A stretch of DNA of 63,315 nucleotides, counting the filler, from Collodictyon triciliatum (taxonomy: Eukaryota), in NCBI GenBank assembly GCA_043381765.1. It is 4 parts of 4 records of this genome, joined end to end, with 100 filler letters (N's around TTAATTAATTAA, not from the genome) between each part and the next. Parts side by side here need not be neighbours in the genome. Positions count along the whole stretch, not along the records: positions 1 to 24,951 come from JBHJMP010001059.1; 3 more parts are not named here. One strand, 5' to 3'. The position numbers were made by a program, and so were the translations under genes. The notes under the pieces were generated by a model. That model was not told where the DNA came from. It did not search any database and worked only from the letters and a program-made list of their open reading frames with translations. Below are positions 13,234 to 25,051 of the stretch, one piece after another; the first letter of the stretch is position 1, and the number at the start of each line of letters is the position of its first letter.

Positions 13234-16200
13234 ATGGCCGCCCTCCCCATCCGCTACCAGGAGCTCTTCACGCTCACCAATCTCGGGATCAACCCGAACG
13301 CGATCACGTTCTCGTCCGTCAGCATGGAGTCGGACAAGTACATCTGCGTCCGCGAGCAGGAGAGCGGGACGATGACGATTGTCGACGTGGCCCAGCCGCA
13401 GAGCCCCATCCGCCGCCCCATCCAGGCCGAGTCTGCCATGGTGGCCCCGGCGTCCCTGGTCATCGCCCTCAAAGGTCTGCCTCTGCTTGCTTTTCTCCTC
13501 TCATTCTCCTCTCTCTCTTTGCCTCGATCTGTTGCTTCTACATCCACATCCACGTCCACCTCCCCCTTCCCGCCCCATCCACGCGTCTGACCGAAGGCAC
13601 ACGCCGTGCACGCCGCTAACATCCACCGTTCCTCACGACGCTGCTCGCGGCCACTGCCTCCCCGTGTGGGCCCTGACGCGGATCCCCCTCCCGGCACGCG
13701 GCTCCAGCCAACCAGATGATCCAGATCTTCAACCTCGAGACAAAGACCAAGCTGAAGGCGTACCAGATGACAGACGCCATCGTCTTCTGGAGATTCATCG
13801 ACAACACCACCATCGGCCTCGTCACGGGCACGGCCGTCTACCACTGGTCCATCGACGGTCTGTCGAAGCCACCCCCCTCCTCTCGCCTGCCACCCCACGA
13901 CGCATCCCTTTCCTGTGCTCCCTTCTCCTCCGTCTCTTTGGACGTGCCAAGGAATAGTCGCCCTCCCCCACCCCAAACCAAACCGCCCTGCTAACTGCCG
14001 CTCCACCGCGCAGGCGCCTCCGATCCCGTCAAGGTCTTTGATCGCCACGCCAACCTCGCTTCGGCCCAGATCATCAACTACCGTGTCGATCCCTACGGAA
14101 AGTGGTGCCTGCTTGTTGGTATCTATCCCCAGGTCAGCCTGTTGCCCATATCGTCTATGACTCGCTCTCTCTGCAAAACTGTTTCCTTTTTCCTTTTCCT
14201 TTTTCCTTCTCCTTTTCCTTTTCCTTTTCCGTTTCCTTTTCACATGAGTGTGTATGTGCTTTTTCTTTAACCTCAAAGCACAGAATAGCTCCTGGGAAAG
14301 AAGAGCCTCTCGTTCTTGGCTCAGGCGCTGACTTTATGCTCACCGCACTAGGAAAATCGCGTCGTTGGAACCATGCAACTGTACTCGATCGAAAAGAAGG
14401 TCAGCCAGCCGATCGAAGGACACGCAGGCGCTTTTGTCTCCTTCAAGCCAGAGGGTGCCTCCGAGAATGTCACTCTCTTCACTTTTGCCTCTCGCAACCC
14501 AACCGCCTCTCGCGTAAGCCATCTCCCCCTTAGTCATTTCATTCCCCTCTGCCTTCTACTCACTTGCTCCTTCTCTTCATCTCTTGTATAACAAGCAGAG
14601 TCGGTCGGTCATGCAATGATCAATCTGTAGTCCTGTGAGTACAAATACTAACCTACGTTGATCACCATTCTCTTCTCTTCTCTTCTCTTCTCTTCTCTTC
14701 TCTTCTCTTCTCTTCTCTTCTCCAGCTCCACGTCATCGAAGTCGGCGGAAGCACGGTCGAGGGCGCTTACAAGTTCCCCAAGAAGGCCACTGACATCTAC
14801 TTCCCTCCCGAAGCCGCTGCCGACTTCCCTGTCGCACTCCAAGTCTCAGCCAAGTACGGTGTCATCTACATGGTCACCAAGCTCGGCTACTTCCACATCT
14901 ACGACCTTGAGTCTGCCACACTGATCTACATGAACCGCATCACTACGGACACCATCTTCACCACCGCCCTCCATGATGCCACCGGCGGCCTGATCGGTAT
15001 CAATCGTCGCGGACAGGTAGCGAAATCGTACAATTCAACATCTCCAATCTGTCACTTTATCTTACAACTTGAAACAGGCCCTCTTGAATTGGAAACGCTT
15101 ATCCAAAAAAGAAAAAGAAAAAGAGCTCTTCAACTATCCGCTCATTCATCAAACCTTTTCCTTTATTCGATTCAAAGTGCTCATCCACCAAAACTTACAT
15201 CATCACGCTCCCAATCAGGTCCTGTTGGTTGCTGTCGACGAGACCAATCTTGTGCCCTACATCTCCACCACTCTGAACAACACTGACTTGGCTGCGCGCA
15301 TTGCTTCCCGCAACAAGCTTCCCGGAGCTGAGGGACTCTTTGCTCGTCAATTTGAAAGCTTCTTCGCTGCTGGAGATTACAAGGAGGCCGCCCGCATCGC
15401 TTATGAAGCCCCCAACGTTTGTAAAATATGAAATAAACATTTGTCATGAAAAGTTACCACATTCTACTACGCTACTTAAAATAATATAAAATTGTTTTTT
15501 TTTTTGGCACTACTCGTAAATATCTCACGGACTCATCACATTCCAATAATTCGTAGAATGCCCTCCGCACTGCGGCTATCATCCAACGCTTCCAAAACGC
15601 TCCCGCTCAACCAGGACAACACCCACCGCTTCTTCAGTACTTCAGCACTCTCCTGGAGAAAGGTAAACTGAACAAATCCGAATCCATCGAACTGGCCAAG
15701 ATGGTTGTTCAGCAACGCAAACCCCTTCTCGAGAAATGGCTGAAGGAGGACAAGGTATATCGTCCGCGAACTTTTGTTGACACTATGATTAATATCCACT
15801 GCTCAGTATCTTTCCTTGACTTTAATCACTGACATATCTTAAACAACCTTTCAGCTTGAGTACTCCGAGGAGCTTGGAGATCTCATCAAGCCTTATGATG
15901 TCAACTTGGCCCTGTCTGTTTACCTCCGTGGTAACTCCCCACAAAAGGTCGGTTGATTATCACATTATTATGATTAATTTCGCTATCTTCCTCTTTCATG
16001 AACTTCCATTTGTAATTCTATGTAGAATTCAGATTTGATATTTTTTTCCATTTTATATAACCGCAACAAACCTCCAGGTTGTTCAATGCTTCGCCGAGAC
16101 TGGAGCATATGACAAGATTGTCCTCTACGCCCAGAAGGTTGGTTACAAGCCCGACTATGCCGCCATTCTCCAGAATGTTGTCCGCACCAGTCCCCAGGGA

Positions 16201-19200
16201 GCATTGGCCTTTGCCCTCAGCCTAGCCCAGAACCCGAGTGGCCCACTCATGGATCACACAGCTGTTGTTGATGCCTTCATGAGCTTCAAGCTTATTCAGG
16301 AGACCACCTCGTATCTTCTGGACGTCCTGAAGAACAACCGCCCCGAGGAAGGATTCCTTCAAACGCGCCTGTTGGAAATCAATCTCGTTGCTGCTCCCCA
16401 AGTCGCCGACGCCATCCTCAGTAACAGCATGTTCTCTCACTACGACCGCACTAAGATTGGTCAAATGTGCGAACGTGCAGGACTAACTCAGCGTGTATGT
16501 TTTTTTTTTTTTTAAAATTTTTTATAATTATCGTTTTTATCACGTCATACTTTTTTTTTTTGCTGTAGACATCTTACACCAAAAAGTATACTCATCTACG
16601 CGCAAATGTTCTAGGCTCTGGAGCACTATTCTGACATCCGTGACATCAAGCGTGTTATTGTCCAGACGCATAACCTGAACCCCGAGGTACGCACAAACAT
16701 GTTTCTGGCGAAGTACGGAATATGAGCACAATTCTGACTGTTTTTTTTTTTTGAAAAATAATAAACAGTTTTTGATCGGCTTCTTCGGAACCCTCTCTGT
16801 GGAGAACAGTTTGGAGTGTCTTAAGGAACTCCTTCAGGTCAACATCCGCATGAATCTCCAGGTGGTCGTCCAGATTACGACAAAGTACTCCGACCAGCTC
16901 ACACCCGAGGCTGTCATTCGCCTCTTCGAAGCCTTCAACTGCTTCGAGGGACTGTACTTTTACCTCGGCTCGATTGTCAACACCAGCCAGGATGCCGAAG
17001 TTCACTTCCGCTATATCCAAGCTGCTGCCAAGGTCGGGCAAATCAAGGAAGTCGAGCGCATCTGCCGAGAGAGCAGCGCCTTTGACCCCAAGCGTGTCAA
17101 GGACTTTTTGAAGCAGGCTCGTCTCCCTGACCAGCTCCCACTCATCATCGTCTGCGACCGCTTCGACATGGTCGATGACTTGACTGCCTATCTCTACGCG
17201 AACAACATGACAAAGTACATCGAAGTCTACGTCCAGCGTATCAACCCCCTTCGCACACCCGTTGTTGTCGGTGCCCTCCTTGACTCCGATGCCGGAGAAG
17301 ACCTAGTCCGCAACCTCACCATGTCTGTGCGCAATCTGTGCCCTGTCGAGCCGCTCGTCGCCGAGGTTGAGAAGCGTAATCGCCTGAAGCTTCTGCTCCC
17401 ATGGCTGGAGGCCCGCTCGGCCGAAGGGAACATGGAGCCAGCCACTCACAACGCTCTGGCCAAAATCTACGTCGACTCTGGGACGAACGTCGAGAACTTC
17501 CTCCAGACTAACCAGTTCTATGACAGCCGCTCCGTTGGTGCCTACTGCGAGAAGCGTGATCCCCATCTTGCTTATCTTGCATATAAGCGCGGCCGATGTG
17601 ACCCCGAGCTGATTGACGTCACCAACCGCCATGGACTCTTCAAGAATCAGGCCCGCTACCTCGTCTCCCGCCAGGACCTTGAGCTCTGGGCTACTGTCCT
17701 CAACGAGGAAAACTCCTTCCGCCGCCAAGTGATCGATCAAGTTGTGCAAACTGCCCTCCCAGAATCCAAGAGTGCTGATGAGGTGTCTGTTGCTGTCAAG
17801 GCTTTCATGGATGCCGAGCTTCCCAATGAGCTCATCGAACTTCTCGAAAAGATTGTCTTTGAAAACTCAAACTTCAGTGACAACGTCACCCTTCAAAATC
17901 TTCTGATCATCACCGCCATCCGCGCTGACCAGAGCCGTGTCATGGATTACATTAACCGCCTCGACAAGTTCGAACACACCGAAATCGCAGAGATTTGCAA
18001 ACAGAGTGAACTCTTTGAGGTTTTATTTCATATCAGTGCTTTCCCCTTAATCAATATATGATTTTCTATTAATATATGCCTTCATACAGAAAGACATCTC
18101 GAACAAATAATCTTTAAGAAACATTCCTTTCGAATAGCAATCCTATGAATGTGAAAGCAATAGATTGCTTTTTATCATCTGCGCTCAATCATTCTATACA
18201 TTACTAACACGTTTTTTTCCCTCTGTCAACTACAGGAAGCTTTCACCATCTACAAGAAGTTCAAACTCAACCTTTTGGCTGTCGATGTTCTCATCGCAAA
18301 CATCTGCAATCTGGAGCGTGCTCTTGAGTTTGTCTCTCGCTTGGATGACCCCGAATGCTGGAGCAAACTCGCCCGCGCTCAGCTGGATAATAACTTTGTC
18401 ACTGAGGCCATCAGTACGTATCATCCTCATCGGATTGAGTTATAAATATCATCCCTCAATTTTACCTCGCACATGTACTATTTTATTCGACCACCAAAAC
18501 AGCATGTTGTAACAAAAAAATGTAACAGAACGAAAAGTTTTTTAAAATTACCCATATTGCTTTTTTTTTTTTAAGCTTCTTACATGAAGGCGAATGACGC
18601 GACCGATTTCCGCGTAAGAAATCCTGCATAGCTGCATGCATAATTCCCATATTCTTGCGCAAATGGCACTGATACACCTATTACATACAGGCTGTCACTG
18701 TTGCTGCAGAGCGCGAAGAGAAGTTCCTCGACCTGGTTAAGTTCCTCCAAATGGCCCGCAAGAAGATTAAGGATGGTTACATTGAAACCGAGCTCATCTA
18801 TGCCTTTGCCAAGACCAACGAGCTTGCTGAGCTCGAAGAGTTCATCTCCGGACCCAATATCGCTGAGGTTTACTCCTCACACCATTGTTTCATTCCCTGT
18901 TATTCGCTCTTGCAATAGAGTGGCTTCGTTCATTTTATGGGATAAAGGAAGTTTGCCCAGCCAACACCATTGTCTTTCTAGACTAACAATAATTGTAATG
19001 CTTAAGATTCAAGGCGTTGGTGACCGCTGCTTCGATGAAGGGTTGTATGAAGCCGCTAAACTCCTCTACACCAATATTTCGAACCACGGCCGCCTTGCCT
19101 CAGCTCTCGTGAAGCTGAACCAGTATGCTGCTGCTGTTGAGGCTGCACGCAAGGCCAACAGTGTCAGGTTTATATCCCTACATTTTCAATTCTTAACTCT

Positions 19201-21436
19201 TTACCACGCCCTGGTGAATCTTATGTGAGGTCACTATAATCATACACATAATTGAGGCGCCAAAAATCCCACATTGTCTCAAAATACGTTTTGAGATTCC
19301 TGAATAGTTTTGCCTCGCTTTCCTAGAAACACTATCACACAATTATCTCTATGTATTCTGCCACTTATCGTTAAGATAGAAAAAAAGAAAAGAAAAGAAA
19401 AGAAAAGAAAAGAAAAGAAAAGAAAAGAAAAGAAAAGAAAAGAAAAGAAAAGCAACAAAAATGCTGTCCACTAACCAATTCTGCTCATACCTTCCAACCA
19501 TCCCGCCATAATTCGCACTGTCTTGTAGAACCTGGAAAGAAGTCAACAAGGCTTGCGTTGATGCTAAGGAATTCCGCCTTGCCCATGCTTGCGGTGTTCA
19601 CATTATTGTCCGCCCAGACGAACTGGAAGATACCATTAACTACTACGAAGAGCGAGGCCACTTCGAAGAAATCACTTCCCTCCTTGAGGCTGGTGTCCCT
19701 CTCGAGGGAGCCCACGCGGGCATCTTTACAGAGCTCGGCATCCTCTACACAAAGTACAAGCCCGTTAAGCTTATGGATCACCTGAAAGCCTACTGGGCCC
19801 GTCTTCATATCCCCAAGGTTGCCCGCGCTTGCGAAGTCGGTCATCACTGGGCCGGTAAGTCATCATATCATACCAAATCACACCATACCACACTGCGAAT
19901 CTTGCATGGACGAATGGTATCTTATTAATCGCGACTTTCAATACAAAGAACTCTGCTTCCTCTATGTCCACCATGATGAGTTTGACAACGCATCACTGTG
20001 CATGGTTGAGCACTCTGTGGATGCTTGGGAGCACATCCAGTTCAAGGAGGTGATTGCCAAGGTGTCAAACATCGACATCTACTACCGCGCCATCTCCTTC
20101 TACCTCAACGAGAACCCCACGCTCCTCAATGACCTGCTGAAAGTTCTCTCCCCCCGCGTTGACCACACCCGTGTTGTCACTATGATTCGCCGCGCTGGAC
20201 ACTTGCCCCTTATCAAGCCCTACCTCGTCAGCGCCCAGGTATGAGAAACCATCCCTTGTCTATTATCTCTATTACCGTTTCTACTAACAATATCATCATC
20301 ATCCTAATTGAACCACGCCAAGATTATCTATGTCCTGAAATAACTCATCGTTATCTTTACATATTTCTTGTTTCCATGTGAACTGTCCCAACGCATTTAT
20401 CTGTTCACTCTTGTGTGATTAACAGCCCACGAACACCACTGCGGTCAATGAAGCTCTGAACGAGCTCCTTGTCTACGACGAGGACTTTGAAGCACTCCGC
20501 TCGTCTGTGGACACATTCGACAATTACGACCACTTTGGCCTTGCCCAACAACTGGAGACTCATGAACTCCTCGAGTTCCGCCGCGTCTCTGCTTACCTGT
20601 ACAAGAAATACAAGCGCTATGCTCAGTCTGTTGCCCTCTCTAAGAAGGACAAGCTCTACAAGGATGCCATGGAGACTGCCGCCCACTCTGGAGACAAGGC
20701 TCTTGCTGAAGAGCTGCTTAAATTCTTTGTTGAGAATGGAAACAAGGTCTCTTTCTCTTTCTCTCTCTTTCTCTGAAAAGTTTTATCAAATTCCCTTCTG
20801 ATGATTACAGTATCTACTATACGATTCTCTGCGACATACCATGCCTCATATTCGCACTTGCCCACCCAGCAATCCTTCGCTGCCACTCTCTTCACATGCT
20901 ACGACCTGATTGGCGCCGACGTTGCCCTCGAGTACGCTTGGAGATACAACATGATTGACTTTATCATGCCATACCTTATCCAAACCGTCAAGGAGTACAC
21001 CTCCAAGGTAACTCACCTTGTTTCATAGAATATTAAATATACATTCTACCTCGTCACTCCACGTGAAGCCACTACGACGTTCGTTGCAGCCCACCAAACC
21101 AACCCACCAAATCACCACCAGGTGGATACTGTCGTGAAGGAGCGCGAAAAGGAGAAGGAGGCCAAGGAGAAGGAGGCCAAGCGCGCACAGGAGGAGATGG
21201 CCACAGTCGACCCCACACTGCTCTACGCCAACGCCCCGCTCGCGATTGAATACAACCCCGCTCAGCTCGGCGGAATGGGCGGCGGCTTCGGTGGAATGGG
21301 CGGTGGCGTTGTCCCTGATGCCCAGTTTGGCGGCATGGGCGGCGGCCTCGGAGTCAGCGGCTATGGCGCACCCAACGCCCAGTTTGGCGGAGCGTCGTTT
21401 GTCGGTGGATATCCCAACCAGTTTGGCGGATACTAA
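13234..21436 (+). CDS. CLTC: Clathrin heavy chain (20 exons)
   Basis: [10 protein letters not shown]...[17 protein letters not shown]...[48 protein letters not shown]. All 19 introns splice in frame at GT-AG. Stop TAA at 21434-21436. Confidence 0.98.
14669..14720. repeat. (TCTTC)n microsatellite forming the polypyrimidine tract of a clathrin intron
   Basis: Lies between a CTAAC branch motif at 14648 and the CAG acceptor at 14723. Confidence 0.95.
19379..19452. repeat. (AAAAG)n intronic microsatellite
   Basis: Visible directly. Confidence 0.95.
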
Positions 21437-22020
21437 CCAGCGCAGCCCGCTCCTCTCTCTCTCTCTCAGCCCTCTCCTCTCCAGTCTACAGCCCACCCCA
21501 CGAAAAACACTAAGCGCACCTATCCTTCAACTCCCACAGCCACACCACCACCCACACAATAAAATCCGAATCACACACACGCACAAGAACTGCTTGCCTG
21601 CTTGCTTGCACTTTTGCTTCGCTGAGAAAACCCGCTTGGCGACGAGGAGCCGAAGCAGGAGGTGCATTCTCCGAACAGCGCAATTTGAATCAGGGAATGG
21701 ACGAAGCGCCACTGACATTCCATAACCCACAATGCCGTAAAAACCTCGTTAAATGAATATTTATTAAAAAGAAAAAGAAAAAAGGGAGAGGAGCAAAGTC
21801 ATTAATTCTCTTGGTGGTCGGCTTTAACAGAGGCAGACGACCTCACTGGATGCGGAGTGATGTGATGTGATGTGATGTGTTGCGATGCGGGCATGGGGTG
21901 CATCTCCAAGTCGGCAGCGCAGCCAGGGCGAAAGAATAAAGTACGTGCGGAAGAGAATTCTGTAAGTATGGAGAGAACATAAAGCGAGTGGAGAGTAAAG
22001 CAGATGCAGAAAAAAACAAA

Positions 22021-24200
22021 TCACAGCCGCGAGATTGCGAAGCAGGGCCGGCGTGGGAGAGCATGGTGACAACCACAGCGGCATTCACGAGGAGGACAAA
22101 GAGGTGGAGGAAGAAGCCAGGGGAACGGGGATTGCGGCGAGGGCAGCCATGGACCAATGGTGGACGTGCGGGAGGTCGGCATCCGGAGGGCAGGTTCCAT
22201 GCGGACCAGTTGCACAGGAAGGGCGAGTACTGCCGTCGCACTCGAATCCTTTCGGGCATCCAAGGCACTTTTCTGTGCCTCCATTCAGGTGGTGGCTGGC
22301 TGACAGGCAGATGCAGTTGCGAATGTTCGCCGACCCTGTAATGTTGGTCACAGAGTCGCTAGGGCATTCCATGCAGGACGGCTTGCCCTATTCTGCGTTG
22401 TAGCTGGTGGAGGAGCACCTGAAACATCCCTGTCAGATTTCATAATATCCTGGTTTGCATTCACATTACTTCCTGTCGTCGATTAAATCATAACCAGCTT
22501 TACATTGTCACTCTTTTGCGTCTTGGGCGCCCGCCATCCTGGTGGTGTATTTAGGGTCGCAAGGCGAACATAACCCAGTCCCGTTGGTGGCCTTGTAGGC
22601 GCCATACTTGGAAAGGCTGCATTCATCCCCTTCTTCATACTGGGCGGGAAGGCATATGCACTCATGCCCATCCAAAACGTACCCGCGCTTGCAAATGCAT
22701 TCTGAAATATCCTTCAACCCTTCAAACCTTGTCGTAAATCTTGTCGGGCAGCTCGTACATAACTTACTTCTGTCGGTGCTGTGCGTCTCTTTGGTACATG
22801 AAATACATGATGACTCTCCAAAATGAACCTTCGCCCCATTATACATCCCAGACGCGCAATCTTTACAACTCACTCTTTTCTCACCACCAAAAGTCCCCCT
22901 TGGACACAGGAAGCGTGCTGATTCCCTGAACCCGCCTTCATTTGATATATACGTGACTCGGGGACATATTGCACAGTTTGTTTGTCCTTCTCTTCCATCG
23001 TAATAGCCTCGTTGGCACGCACGACACATGGATACCTTAATCTCTGACAAAAAATACCCCACTGGATAAGTCTTACAACTCCTTTCACTGTCAGAAGCAA
23101 CCAAAGGACTAAAGGTTCCAGCCGCACATTCCTCACAAAAAAATAGCTTTATCGTGCCTAGAAAAGTTCCGGGCGCACACAGAGAAGAATACGCCAACCT
23201 CGTATCATTTGAATAATACCCAAAGCGACATTCATAACATTGATATTGACCTCGAGCTCCATTTTAGCTTCCTTGTGTACACTTAATTCATAAAGGTGCA
23301 TCGAATGACCTATAGTTTGGATTTAAGCTTCCAACAGGGCACGAGTCACAGACAGTTATTCCATATGTGTCACTAAAAGTCCCAGGATTGCATTCAAAAC
23401 ATGGCATGAGCCAGTTCGCAGACCGTGCCATCATGTTATATGTGCCCGGCACACACTCTCTACAAGACGATTGACCATAAGAGGGGTTGAAAGTCCCTGG
23501 CCCACATGATTGACAATCTTCCGCACTACTGGACCCAATCTTATTATTAAATGTTCCAGGTGGAGATTTTATATATTTACGTTGGTCGTTGACATTTGAA
23601 TAAGCCCCACTAGGGGATATGACACATGTATTGTACAAGCCATCATAATAATGTTCCTGATCACAAAACAGTCAAATAGATATAGCGTTATCAGTAGAAC
23701 CAGATATAATTTTCTCCCATTCGAGGCCATTCTTACAGTGATTGTATTCAATAAATTCTCCCAAAGGTTTCATATAACTTGTCCGGTGTTGATACCATTC
23801 ACTGAAATACCTTTATTTGCAACTTCGGCAACAATATATACCCCATTCGAGAAAACAATTAAACTTGTAATGGGAGAATATTTTTTTTTAATCGTTCTCA
23901 CCCGAAATCAAATTCCCATCTTCCATATAATTACGCTTCTCATAAAACCTTCCACCAGAAATAATCTTTGAATTATCAGGAGTCACAGCAACAGCTGAAA
24001 CAAGGTCTATGTGACATAAAAGAGTCGCTAATATTACTCCACCCAACACCGACCAAACTTTATCAATGAAATCACTGCCCAGGCTACAGGCCAAACCGCA
24101 GGATGCAATTCCTGATTACCGACTACTTCTCCGCCACCCGGTCACCAAGTAGCGCCCATGCAAATGATGGCCAGTGAATCAAAACCAACATCTTCACCAT
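22021..24200 (-). pseudogene. Decayed WD40 + Cys-rich (CxxCxxGx[FY], GCC2/GCC3 / ephrin-receptor-like repeat) surface protein
   Basis: WD40 remnants (GSDFIDKVWSV...HIDLVSAVAVTPDNSKIISG; EKIISGSTDNAISI*) are followed by many CQSCGPGTF / CRECVPGTY repeats. There are seven in-frame stops, many lost Cys codons, and frameshifts in the WD40 part and at the 3' end. Confidence 0.82.
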
Positions 24201-24497
24201 CCTGCACAAAATTGAAAGGAAGAATAAAAAAAAATACTCACACTGCAGAATTAACTCCCATTCTACTTGACTAATATGCATACGGATAAACTACGGGTAA
24301 ATTATACATAGCAAGTATCTAATACTTGTATATACTTTCCCTCGGGTTCATGATCTATGGCGAATATCGTTTTTATCTTATTACATTGGGACACGCCATC
24401 AGTCTAATACGCGGCGAGGCAGTCTTGCTTGTAGGTCAAGCGATATGAGTTTTATGGGTTCTTGACGCCCAGAGTTTGTCATCAGGGTTCGGCAATA

Positions 24498-24849
24498 TCA
24501 AGCCAGGAGAGCATTGTCTCGCAGTTTGGAGAAGAGCAGGGCTTGATTCTCAGGAGACAGAGAGATGATTTGGTTCACGAGCTTATCCACGATAAATCTA
24601 TGTTACATTCAATCGTCAGTGGGCGTATATATCACAAATAAGTGTCTGTACTTGCTAAGAAAGGAGACATGGCTATAGAATCATCTGAAGCGTTGAGACA
24701 TGTAAGCGGGTTGCAGCGCAAAGAGCCTCCTCATACCGTTTGCTGGCAATAAAAGACGAGAAGTAAACATAGGTGAACAGTCCCATGAGGAGTTGGCAAT
24801 CCATTCGATCTGTGATTCCGCCGTGGCCAGGAATACTTTCTCCGAAATC
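24498..24849 (-). CDS. CDS1: Phosphatidate cytidylyltransferase (CDP-diacylglycerol synthase), last two exons only
   Basis: [19 protein letters not shown] is the family signature. It splices to [33 protein letters not shown]. The 5' part is cut off by the spacer at 24952. Confidence 0.93.
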
Positions 24850-24853
24850 CTGG

Positions 24854-24951
24854 CAAAACAAAACAAAACAAAACAAAACAAAACAAAACAAAACAAAACA
24901 AAACAAAACAAAACAAAACAAAACAAAACAAAACAAAACAAAACAAAACAA
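24854..24951. repeat. (AAAAC)n intronic microsatellite at a contig end
   Basis: Visible directly. Confidence 0.95.
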
Positions 24952-25051
24952 NNNNNNNNNNNNNNNNNNNNNNNNNNNNNNNNNNNNNNNNNNNNTTAAT
25001 TAATTAANNNNNNNNNNNNNNNNNNNNNNNNNNNNNNNNNNNNNNNNNNNN
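24952..25051. other. Artificial contig spacer N44-TTAATTAATTAA-N44
   Basis: Exactly 100 nt with an all-frame stop linker. Genes are truncated on both sides. Confidence 0.95.

Noticed and set aside
12796-14276. Many long overlapping ORFs, also at 34755-36475
   Set aside because: These are shadow ORFs caused by high GC around the clathrin and GT8 coding exons.
22085-23716. Alternative genetic code or selenocysteine (TGA at Cys/Trp positions)
   Set aside because: TAA and TAG also interrupt the frame and Cys codons are lost by missense. Conserved genes here end normally at TAA (clathrin, HEATR1), TAG (MFS) and TGA (GT8, CDS1) with no internal stops.
24996-25007. TTAATTAATTAA as a piggyBac TTAA target site or biological motif
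   Set aside because: It is centred in exactly 44+44 Ns three times, so it is an assembly linker.
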